Assembly: GCA_017399515.1 (NCBI GenBank)
Contig: JAFQBZ010000058.1
Coordinates: 1 to 35,909, forward strand
Length of the DNA: 35,909 bases
Direction of reading: 5' to 3'
From: Clostridia bacterium
Lineage (GTDB): Bacteria > Bacillota > Clostridia > Christensenellales > UBA1242
Part shown: in pieces, positions 1 through 7,082 of the stretch
Layout: each line of letters opens with the position of its first letter
Position numbering within the stretch: the first letter of the stretch is position 1
The notes under the pieces: model-generated
Databases searched by the model: none
The model's input: the letters and a program-made list of their open reading frames with translations, nothing else
Told to the model about the DNA's origin: nothing
Made by a program: the position numbers and the translations under genes

Positions 1-49
1 ATTCTTCTGCCCACTCAAATTCATTTCTATTAAATTCATATTTTACCAT
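1..49 (-). CDS. 5' end (16 codons) of an ORF cut by the window edge. By position it is a candidate barstar-like inhibitor/immunity protein for the upstream RNase
   Basis: On the minus strand, AGGAG (rc of 56-60) overlaps the stop codon of the RNase gene. An ATG (rc of 47-49) follows 6 nt later and opens MVKYEFNRNEFEWAEE..., which continues off the edge. Only position and tight coupling support the immunity call. Too little sequence is visible for homology. Confidence 0.3.
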   Translation of the reverse strand, partial: MVKYEFNRNEFEWAEE

Positions 50-59
50 AGTTTTCTCC

Positions 60-629
60 TTATTCTATTGCAATAAAACTTGTATAATGGCTATCTGTTT
101 TAAATATCAAACCATCATTTGAATAAACAAGCCTTGCATTGTTTCTGTATCCACCTTGATAATCAATATCACACTCATACCAAATTCTACCTTCTTTAGT
201 TGGCAATATTCCAAGATTATTTTTAAAAATATCTCCACCCACCATTTTTCCAGGTGCAATTTTATCAAGATTTCCTAATCTTGATTTCCAACCCAAATTT
301 AAGGCTTCTTCTTTTGAAATGTAATATTCTGGCAAGTATCCATAATATTTTAAATAAAAATCAGCACCATTTATTCCTAGTTCCGTTGCTTTTTCAACAC
401 TTAAACTTCTAAGCCATTCAAGATAACATTTGCAATTATCATGTTCAGGAAGTTTTGGTTCATTAACATTTGCTTCATAAACTTTATTATTTCTATCATA
501 ACAAATACCACAATGTGTTAAAGTTATTCCAAGTTTATATTCTTTCCATTTTGAAGATTTGTTATATTTAGTTGTTTTTTCTTTAATAAAATTTTCTACT
601 GATTCTTTTATATCATCAAATATACTCAT
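60..629 (-). CDS. Barnase-family (microbial guanyl-specific) ribonuclease toxin with an N-terminal MuF/SPP1-gp7-like Cys knuckle. No signal peptide
   Basis: The C-terminal ~110 aa matches barnase as recalled from memory. Pairs are ISKEEALNLGW/ITKSEAQALGW, APGKMVGGDIF/APGKSIGGDIF, GRIWYECDIDY/GRTWREADINY, GYRNNARLVYS/GFRNSDRILYS and KTDSHYTSF/KTTDHYQTF. The catalytic Lys, Glu, two Arg and His equivalents are retained. The N-terminus has HCGIC-x22-CKC with PEHDNCKC, resembling the HPNCRC end of the phage Mu F domain. The gene has its own RBS (AAGGAGAAA), and an in-frame stop lies two codons upstream of the ATG. Confidence 0.8.
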   Translation of the reverse strand: MSIFDDIKESVENFIKEKTTKYNKSSKWKEYKLGITLTHCGICYDRNNKVYEANVNEPKLPEHDNCKCYLEWLRSLSVEKATELGINGADFYLKYYGYLPEYYISKEEALNLGWKSRLGNLDKIAPGKMVGGDIFKNNLGILPTKEGRIWYECDIDYQGGYRNNARLVYSNDGLIFKTDSHYTSFIAIE

Positions 630-668
630 ATTTTAGCATTTCTCCTTGAATTTAGCAATTATATTAAA

Positions 669-697
669 ATTTTAACACTCAAAAACTGCTAATTCAA
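669..697 (-). promoter_or_regulatory. Sigma-A-like promoter for the RNase toxin gene
   Basis: Minus strand: TTGAAT (rc of 692-697), 17-nt spacer, TAAAAT (rc of 669-674), about 40 nt upstream of the ATG at 629. Confidence 0.5.
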
Positions 698-752
698 GAA
701 AGTGTGCCACAAATAAAATTTGAATCCAAGTTATTAGGTTCGATTTGAAATA

Positions 753-774
753 TTGGTGGACCTTCGGGGGTTCG
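753..774 (-). repeat. Direct repeat of the 3' end of tRNA-Lys (att-like scar)
   Basis: ttggtggaccttcgggggttcg at 753-774 is identical to 881-902. That stretch covers half of the T-loop, the T-stem 3' strand, the acceptor 3' strand, CCA and 1 further nt of the tRNA gene. No 5' half of a tRNA accompanies the repeat. Confidence 0.85.
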
Positions 775-852
775 TAAGAAGCATAGCGACGGAATAGCGA
801 AAACTTGTTTTGAGCGTCACACATTTCGAACTGCGCCCGAAGGGATTGCATG

Positions 853-876
853 AAAAAAAGACCTTTCGGTCTTTTG
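853..876 (-). terminator. Rho-independent terminator directly after tRNA-Lys
   Basis: Minus strand reads AAAGACC-GAAA-GGTCTTT followed by TTTTTTT (rc of the A-run 853-859). It starts 6 nt after the tRNA CCA end. Confidence 0.7.
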
Positions 877-881
877 TGATT

Positions 882-957
882 TGGTGGACCTTCGGGGGTT
901 CGAACCCCGGACAATCCGATTAAGAGTCGGGCGCTCTACCAGCTGAGCTAAAGGTCC
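882..957 (-). tRNA. tRNA-Lys (anticodon CUU), CCA encoded
   Basis: The reverse complement reads GGACCTTTAGCTCAGCTGGTAGAGCGCCCGACTCTTAATCGGATTGTCCGGGGTTCGAACCCCCGAAGGTCCACCA. It folds as a cloverleaf with acceptor GGACCTT/AAGGTCC, D-arm GCTC/GAGC, anticodon loop CTCTTAA (CTT) and T-arm CGGGG-TTCGAAC-CCCCG. There is one C:A mismatch at 27:43. Confidence 0.92.
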
Positions 958-978
958 ATTTCTATAAACAACATACTT

Positions 979-1006
979 ATTATATCACACATCTTGAAAA
1001 AATCAA
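979..1006 (-). promoter_or_regulatory. Sigma-A-like promoter for tRNA-Lys
   Basis: Minus strand: TTGATT (rc of 1001-1006), 16-nt spacer ending in TGa, TATAAT (rc of 979-984). It lies about 20 nt upstream of the mature tRNA 5' end. Confidence 0.6.
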
Positions 1007-1093
1007 CTAAATTTTAAAAATTTATTAAAAAAAGTATTTTGATGCTTGTTTATGATTTAAAATATTAAAATATAAAAGTTTTTTCTAAATAAG

Positions 1094-1122
1094 TTGAAAG
1101 TTGAGGTTTTAAATGATATAAT
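1094..1122 (+). promoter_or_regulatory. Strong sigma-A-like promoter heading the metG leader
   Basis: TTGAAA (1094-1099), 17-nt spacer ending in TGa (extended -10), TATAAT (1117-1122). This predicts a ~195-nt leader before the metG ATG. Confidence 0.65.
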
Positions 1123-1146
1123 GATTTTGTATTTTTGGAGATCTAT

Positions 1147-1278
1147 ATGAGAAATTTAAGAAACGCAAAACTTAATAGTTGTTGTTTTGAAGCAAATTCA
1201 TTGCTTAAGTTTTCTTATGTAAACTTAAAACTTAATAATGTTAAGCGAATGTGCCCGGTGCAGGGACGAAATATTTAG
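1147..1278 (+). CDS. Possible 43-aa small ORF in the metG leader with pentapeptide-repeat-like periodicity. It may be a relic or non-coding
   Basis: GGAG (1137-1140) lies 6 nt before the ATG at 1147. The product is MRNLRNAKLNSCCFEANSLLKFSYVNLKLNNVKRMCPVQGRNI. An L/F/Y occupies the centre of six consecutive 5-residue units (RNLRN AKLNS CCFEA NSLLK FSYVN LKLNN). It is too short to be in the supplied ORF track. Confidence 0.2.
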   Translation: MRNLRNAKLNSCCFEANSLLKFSYVNLKLNNVKRMCPVQGRNI

Positions 1279-1325
1279 AATTATTATTCATTCATTAAAC
1301 ATTATTAAATTATTAGGAGAAAGAA

Positions 1326-2915
1326 ATGGCAGAAAAATTTTATATTACCACACCGATTTATTATCCAAGCAGAAAATTTACTCTTGGAAATTGTTACACA
1401 ACTGTTATTTGTGATGCAGTTGCAAGATTTAATAAACTTTTAGGCAAAGAAGTATTCTTCATGACAGGAACAGATGAGCATGGTCAAAAAATTGCTCAAG
1501 CAGCAAAAAATGCTGGTAAAACTGAAATGGAATATCTTGATGAAATGATTGCTGATGCAAAAGACCTTTGGAAACTTTTGAAAGTTGATTATGATAAATT
1601 TATTAGAACAACTGATGATTATCATGTTTCAGCAGTTCAAAAAATCTTTAAAGAACTTTATGATAAGGGCTATATTTACAAGTCATCTTATAAAGGTAAA
1701 TATTGCGTTCCATGTGAATCATTCTGGACAGAATCACAACTTGTTGATGGAAAGTGTCCTGATTGTCACAGAGATGTTATTGATCAAGAAGAAGAATCAT
1801 ATTTCTTCAAACTTTCAGAATTTGGGGATAGATTATTAGAGTTATATAAAAATAACCCAGAATTTTTACAACCACAATCAAGAATCAACGAAATGGTAAA
1901 CAACTTCATTAAACCTGGTCTTGATGATCTTTGTGTTTCAAGAACAAGTGTTAAATGGGGTGTTCCTGTTGATTTTGATTCAAAACACACAGTTTATGTT
2001 TGGATTGATGCTCTCACAACCTATATCACAGGTCTTGGCTATGGCAGTGAAGATGATTCACTTTTCAAGAAATTCTGGCCTGCAGATGTTCATGTTATTG
2101 GAAAGGAAATTGTTCGTTTCCACGCGATCATTTGGCCAGCAATTTTAATGGCACTTGACATTCCGCTTCCAAAGCGTGTGTTTGGTCATGGTTGGCTTCT
2201 TTTTGGTGGTGACAAACTTTCAAAGAGTAAAACAGTGAACAGTGTTGAATGTGTTGACCCAAGAATTTTGGCACCAAGATATACACCAGATGCTGTTAGA
2301 TATATCTTACTTCGTGAAATTCCATTTGGTTCAGATGGTAACTATTCAACCGAATTGTTCTTAGAAAGAATTAACAGCGATCTCGCAAATAACTATGGAA
2401 ACTTAGTTTCAAGAACATTCTCAATGCTTAAAAAGTATTGTGCAAGTGTGATTCCTGAAGCGAAAGATGACGAACCAATTGATGATGATTTAAAACAAAC
2501 AGTCTTTAAATCTATTCAAGATGCTAAAAAATACATTGAAACAAATTTTGATGTTTCAAAAGCACTTGCTAGTATTTTTGATATTTTCTCAAAAGCAAAT
2601 AAATACATTGAAGTGACTGAACCTTATCGCTTAGCAAAAGATGAAGATAAGAAAAACAGACTTGGAACAGTTCTTCGCAACTTGCTTGAAGCAATAAGAA
2701 TTGGAACAATTCTTTTATCAGCATTCCTTCCAGATTGTGCTAAAAAGGTTGCAGATGCTCTTCATATTGAAAAATATGATTATGATGAAACAAAAGAATA
2801 TTACAACTTAAAAGCAGGTGACACTGTTGAAGAACTTGGAATATTATTCCCAAGACTTGATATTCAAAAAGAACTTGAAGAACTTGCTAAAATTGAAGAA
2901 TCAAAAAATAATTAA
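1326..2915 (+). CDS. metG: Methionyl-tRNA synthetase, short form without the C-terminal tRNA-binding domain. The HIGH signature is atypical (TLGN)
   Basis: ITTPIYYPS..., [11 protein letters not shown], Zn knuckle CVPCE...CPDCH, [26 protein letters not shown] and the KMSKS-type motif KLSKS. RBS is AGGAGAAAG. Confidence 0.9.
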   Translation: [529 protein letters not shown]

Positions 2916-2930
2916 TCTATAAAAAATTAA

Positions 2931-2960
2931 AAGCATTGTGGTTTTCACAATGCTTTTTTT
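2931..2960 (+). terminator. Rho-independent terminator after metG
   Basis: aagcattgtg (2931-2940) pairs with cacaatgctt (2946-2955), with a 5-nt loop and then a T-run to 2960. Confidence 0.8.
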
Positions 2961-2981
2961 GTATGAATAAAATATAGAAAG

Positions 2982-4046
2982 GTGGTGATGAAAATATCAA
3001 TTTTAGAAGTAAATTTAAGTGCAATAAAAAATAATTTAGCAAATGTTAGAAAATTATTAAAACATAACCAAAGATTGTGTATTGTTGCAAAAGCGAATTG
3101 TTATGGTTTGGGTGCGAAAGAGGTATGCAAAAAATTAAATAAATTTGCTGATTATTTTGCAGTTTCTTCGGCGAAAGAATTTTATGAAATTAGAAAAGTT
3201 GTTGATAGACCAATTGTGATTTTAGACCCTGTTTATAAGGGGTTAAAACGATTGATAAAATCAGGTGCAGAAATCACAATTTCAAATTTTGAATCATTAA
3301 GTGTTTTGCTTGAAGAAATTGAATTTTTAAATGAAATAGTTAAGGTTCATATTGCAATCAACACAGGAATGAATCGCTTTGGTTTTAAAACAAAAACAGA
3401 TATATTTGACGCAATAACAATTTTAAAAAAATCGCAAAAAATTACAATAATTGGTGTATTTTCGCATTATTATGATGTAAATAACGAAAAATTTGCAAAT
3501 TTGCAATATGGTAAGTTTTTAAAAATAAAAAAATTCTGCGAAGAAAAATTTGGATTAAATTCTATTTATCACTTGGCAAACTCTGATGGCATCACATTAA
3601 AAAATGGGTTTGATATGGTTAGGGCAGGAATGGTTCTCTATACCGACAAAAGTTATCAAACAATAACATTAAAAAGTAAAATTTTAGATATACAAAATTT
3701 ATCAAAAAATGAAACTGCTGGTTACTCGGCAGTGTTTGTTGCAAAAGAGCAAAAACGACTTGCAATTGTGGGCATTGGTTATGGCGATGGAATTATGCGA
3801 AATATAGTTAAAAATGGTTATGTTTTAATAAATGGTAAGTATGCAAAAATTGTCGCGATTTGCATGGATACAATGCTGGTTGATATAACAAAAATTGATG
3901 CTAAAATTTGTGATGATGTTGTGCTTATTGGAAGAAGCAAAAATAAACAAATTTTTATTTGTGATATGGCTTCTTGGTGTGATACAATAGATTATGAAAT
4001 TATTGTTCGGCTTTCAAATCGAATTGAAAGAAACTATGTATCATAA
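2982..4046 (+). CDS. alr: Alanine racemase
   Basis: PLP-lysine motif VAKANCYGLG, plus INTGMNRFG, ANSDG, RAGMVLY, GIGYGDG and ICMDTMLVD. The start is ambiguous: GTG 2982 or ATG 2988. Confidence 0.85.
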   Translation: MVMKISILEVNLSAIKNNLANVRKLLKHNQRLCIVAKANCYGLGAKEVCKKLNKFADYFAVSSAKEFYEIRKVVDRPIVILDPVYKGLKRLIKSGAEITISNFESLSVLLEEIEFLNEIVKVHIAINTGMNRFGFKTKTDIFDAITILKKSQKITIIGVFSHYYDVNNEKFANLQYGKFLKIKKFCEEKFGLNSIYHLANSDGITLKNGFDMVRAGMVLYTDKSYQTITLKSKILDIQNLSKNETAGYSAVFVAKEQKRLAIVGIGYGDGIMRNIVKNGYVLINGKYAKIVAICMDTMLVDITKIDAKICDDVVLIGRSKNKQIFICDMASWCDTIDYEIIVRLSNRIERNYVS

Positions 4047-4058
4047 AAAGGTGAACTT

Positions 4059-4607
4059 ATGCAAATAATAACAGGTAAATACAGGGCAAGAAAACTTCAG
4101 GCAGTTGACTCAACTGAAACAAGACCAACACTTGCAAGAGTTAAAGAATCAATTTTTAATTTAATTTTTGATGAAATTGCAGGCAGTGTTGTGCTTGATC
4201 TTTTTGCTGGAAGTGGTGCATTTGGTGCAGAGTGCATTTCAAGGTCTGCTGAAAAAGTTTATTTTGTTGACGCCGCTGAAAAGGCGATAAAAACCATTAA
4301 AATTAACACTAAAAATATGGTTGAAGATTTTGAAGTTATAAAAAGTGATTATTTATCTGCACTTGATGATTTTAAGAAAAAGGGTGTTAAATTTGATCTT
4401 GTTTATTTAGACCCACCATATAAAAGTGATTATGCAATGAAATCACTTGAAAAACTTGCTGAATATGAACTTTTAAATGATGATGCAACCATTGTTGTTG
4501 AACACGAATTTCAAAATGACTTGCAAAACTTAAATGAATGTTATATAATAAAGAAGTCAAAGAAGTATGGAATTGCTTTTGTTGATGTTTTAAAATATTC
4601 TAGATAG
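4059..4607 (+). CDS. rsmD: 16S rRNA (guanine966-N2)-methyltransferase RsmD
   Basis: RPTLARVKESIFN, DLFAGSGAFGAE (SAM motif I) and YLDPPY (motif IV). The size is typical at 182 aa. Confidence 0.85.
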   Translation: MQIITGKYRARKLQAVDSTETRPTLARVKESIFNLIFDEIAGSVVLDLFAGSGAFGAECISRSAEKVYFVDAAEKAIKTIKINTKNMVEDFEVIKSDYLSALDDFKKKGVKFDLVYLDPPYKSDYAMKSLEKLAEYELLNDDATIVVEHEFQNDLQNLNECYIIKKSKKYGIAFVDVLKYSR

Positions 4608-4629
4608 GTTAGTAGAGAAGGAAATAACT

Positions 4630-5115
4630 ATGGATATTGTTCAAATTATTAGTGAACTTGAACAAGAGTTTGTTAACTCAAAGAACTTTTTATGGAGCAA
4701 AAAAACTCTTGTGAACATGGATAAGTGTGCTTCACTTATTGCTGAAATTAAGGCAAACTTGCCAACAGCAATTCAAGAGGCAACTTATGTGCTCTCTAAA
4801 AAAGAACAAATTATGAATAATGCGCAAGCAGAAGCAAAGAAAACTCTTGCAGAAGCAGAATATCGTGCTGAACAATTAGTTAGCACATCTGAAATCTTTA
4901 AAAAGAGTGAACAGGCTGCTCAAGAAATGATTGATAAAGCCAACAAAAAATGTGCTCAACTTTATGCCGTTACAAAAGAAAATGTTGACAAAATGCTTCG
5001 CTCAGTTGAAATGTATTTAGATCAAAACTTAAATGTTGTTAGAAGAAATCGTGATGAACTTGACAAGACAATTCGAAACATTTATATGGTTGCTTTAGAT
5101 GATGACGAAGAATAG
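4630..5115 (+). CDS. Hypothetical coiled-coil protein. It resembles the conserved Firmicutes proteins loosely annotated as ATPase or V-ATPase subunit H-like
   Basis: 161 aa, rich in Ala/Glu/Lys/Gln heptad-like sequence (AQAEAKKTLAEAEYRAEQL...), with an acidic tail DDDEE. Similar proteins sit next to rsmD in Clostridia (recollection, not verified). Confidence 0.4.
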   Translation: MDIVQIISELEQEFVNSKNFLWSKKTLVNMDKCASLIAEIKANLPTAIQEATYVLSKKEQIMNNAQAEAKKTLAEAEYRAEQLVSTSEIFKKSEQAAQEMIDKANKKCAQLYAVTKENVDKMLRSVEMYLDQNLNVVRRNRDELDKTIRNIYMVALDDDEE

Positions 5116-6129
5116 GGCACAAATAATCATAGAAAAAACACAATGCACACACTTTGAAAAAATGAAGTTGTGTGCTTTTATTTTGGCTTCTTTTAAAAAT
5201 GCCATTGATTGCATTATAATTGAGAGCCCACTGAAAGATACAATTCCTGTTGCAAGAATGAGTGATGATTGTGTGGGTGAAATCGACAAAACTTTAGCAC
5301 CTCTTGTGACTTCTAAAATGCCATAAGTAAAGCCTGATGATTCGAAAGAATTAAAACCAAACATGTCAAATAGTTTTGAAATAATAACATTTAAAAGGTT
5401 GAAAATTTTAAGCATTGTTAAAATTTCACCAAGCAGATAAAAAATTGTGATGTAAGCACCAACAATAAAGAGAGAGTTTATGGTTTCATTTATGCACTTT
5501 GAAAGAATGTTTGTGTTATTAAATGTTTGTAATGGTTTTTGAATTATAACTATTTTGTTTGAATTTTTATGTTTTTTCTTTGTTAAAATGTGATAAATTA
5601 TTCCCATTAAAATGCTTGATATAATGTGAGAAGCATATAAAATTAAGCCAAATTTATAATTTTTAAACATTGTAACGCCAATAGTACCAATAATAAAAAT
5701 AGGACCAGATGTTGTGCAAAAAATTGACATTTTTTTTGCTTCAATCTCACTTATTTGACCCTTTAAATAAAGGTCTGTTATAATTTTTGCTCCAATTGGA
5801 TATCCGGACAGAATGCTCATTAAAAAAGCGTAAATTGAAACGCCTGGAGTTCCAAAAAGTTTATATGAAAGTTTATCAAATTTTTGGCAGGTTTTAAAAA
5901 TTAATCCAATTTCAGTCAAGAGTTTTGTGAGAAGCATAAAAGGAAATAGTCCTGGCAAAACATTAAAGAAAAAAAGTTTCAAGCCTGATACCGTTCCTGA
6001 GGTGAATTTTTCAGGGTTTGAGATTATAATAGAAATAATTACAAAAACAATTAGCGTTAAAATTGAATCAATAAAATTTTTAGAAAAAATAATTTTTTTT
6101 CGTTTTTGATTTTTTTTGTTTGTTGTCAT
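5095..6129 (-). CDS. ylbJ: YlbJ-like integral membrane protein (nucleoside-recognition/Gate domain, sporulation membrane protein family)
   Basis: Polytopic 344-aa protein. The N-terminal motif SGLKLFFFNVLPGLFPFMLLTKLL is typical of YlbJ. Synteny with rsmD and ylbM matches B. subtilis. Confidence 0.6.
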   Translation of the reverse strand: MTTNKKNQKRKKIIFSKNFIDSILTLIVFVIISIIISNPEKFTSGTVSGLKLFFFNVLPGLFPFMLLTKLLTEIGLIFKTCQKFDKLSYKLFGTPGVSIYAFLMSILSGYPIGAKIITDLYLKGQISEIEAKKMSIFCTTSGPIFIIGTIGVTMFKNYKFGLILYASHIISSILMGIIYHILTKKKHKNSNKIVIIQKPLQTFNNTNILSKCINETINSLFIVGAYITIFYLLGEILTMLKIFNLLNVIISKLFDMFGFNSFESSGFTYGILEVTRGAKVLSISPTQSSLILATGIVSFSGLSIIMQSMAFLKEAKIKAHNFIFSKCVHCVFSMIICALFFVII

Positions 6130-6167
6130 AGTTAAATATATGATAATATTTATGTGTATATTATGAG

Positions 6168-7052
6168 GTGAAAAATATGATTGGAGAATATAGATTTTTT
6201 CAAGATTTTTATGACGGTCAAATTGTGAAACCTGAAACAGAAAGATACAAACTTTTTAAACTTGTGTTATTTTCATGTTTTTCGGCAGTTGGCTTGTTTT
6301 TAGTGCTTGCAGATTTTTGCAGCCCTTTGGCTTTTGTTTTGCTTGAACTTGGCATGCTTTGGAATATTTATTCTAACATTGATAAAAAAGTATCACTTAT
6401 TTTGTGTGTGCTTGTGGGTGTGTTATATTTTGTTTTTGCATTAAAATATAAAGTTTATTCAAATGCACTTATTTACATTGGTTGTTACATTCCACTTCAA
6501 CTTATGGCATTATCGAAAGATTATAGCGAGGGCAGTTTTGTTCAAATTAGAAAGAAAATAACTGATTATAACAAGATTTTGTTTGTTATGTTCTTTGTTG
6601 CAATTTTAGTTACTTTGTCGCTTTTCAGTTTTGCTGTTGATGGTGAATATCCAATTTTAGATGGTTTGTCTGCTTCACTTTTGGTTTGTTCAGCACTTCT
6701 TAGAAATGAAAGATATTTTGAATATTACATCTTTAGAATTTTTGCACTCATCTTCACAATTTTCTTGTGGGCGTCAGTAAGTGAAAAGTTTGGCTTTGAG
6801 GGAAGTCTTTGTGTTATTTGTATGTATTTGTCTTATTTAACATTTGACATTGTTACATATTTCTATCAACACAATACTTATGTGAATCAATATATGATTC
6901 AAGAAGAAAAATTTAATCAAATTGTAAATCAACAATTAATAGAAGAAAAACTTGGGGTTTATCAAAAAGTTACAGAAGAAGCATCTCAAGTTGAAGCAGT
7001 AGAAAAGCAAAAGTTAAAAGAAACAAAAACTAAAAAAACAAATAAAAAATAG
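6168..7052 (+). CDS. PnuC-like (nicotinamide riboside transporter family) membrane protein with a Lys/Glu-rich C-terminal tail
   Basis: About 7 TM segments. DGLSASLLVCSALLRNERYFEYYIFR resembles the PnuC signature D-x2-(M/L)-x-LS-x-A-x-L-x3-K/R-Y-x-E-x-W. The hydrophilic tail is ...EKQKLKETKTKKTNKK. Confidence 0.45.
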   Translation: MKNMIGEYRFFQDFYDGQIVKPETERYKLFKLVLFSCFSAVGLFLVLADFCSPLAFVLLELGMLWNIYSNIDKKVSLILCVLVGVLYFVFALKYKVYSNALIYIGCYIPLQLMALSKDYSEGSFVQIRKKITDYNKILFVMFFVAILVTLSLFSFAVDGEYPILDGLSASLLVCSALLRNERYFEYYIFRIFALIFTIFLWASVSEKFGFEGSLCVICMYLSYLTFDIVTYFYQHNTYVNQYMIQEEKFNQIVNQQLIEEKLGVYQKVTEEASQVEAVEKQKLKETKTKKTNKK

Positions 7053-7082
7053 GAACTATAAAAACATAGTTCCTATTTTTTT
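7044..7082. terminator. Bidirectional terminator hairpin shared by the convergent PnuC-like gene and tmcAL
   Basis: ataggaactat (7049-7059) pairs with atagttcctat (7066-7076), loop aaaaac. It is flanked by an A-run (7044-7049) and a T-run (7076-7082). Both stop codons (TAG 7050-7052 on +, rc-TAG 7056-7058 on -) lie inside the 5' arm. Confidence 0.65.

Noticed and set aside
775-881. Possibility that the 107-bp segment plus the repeated tRNA 3' end forms a second tRNA or a tmRNA-like gene
   Set aside because: No 5' acceptor strand (GGACCTT) precedes it. No D-arm or anticodon arm can be drawn. The only T-arm-like element (GCGCA-GTTCGAAA-TGTGT) has an 8-nt loop and two G-U pairs. The segment is also far too short for a tmRNA.
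672-914. 80-aa minus-strand ORF in the supplied track
   Set aside because: It runs through the tRNA-Lys 3' half, the tRNA terminator and the att-like repeat, and it has no RBS. The tRNA and repeat explain it entirely, so it is spurious.
5095-5115. 21-bp overlap of the convergent 3' ends of the coiled-coil ORF (+) and ylbJ (-)
   Set aside because: This is a real but unremarkable compact arrangement. No hairpin or other signal is visible in the overlap.
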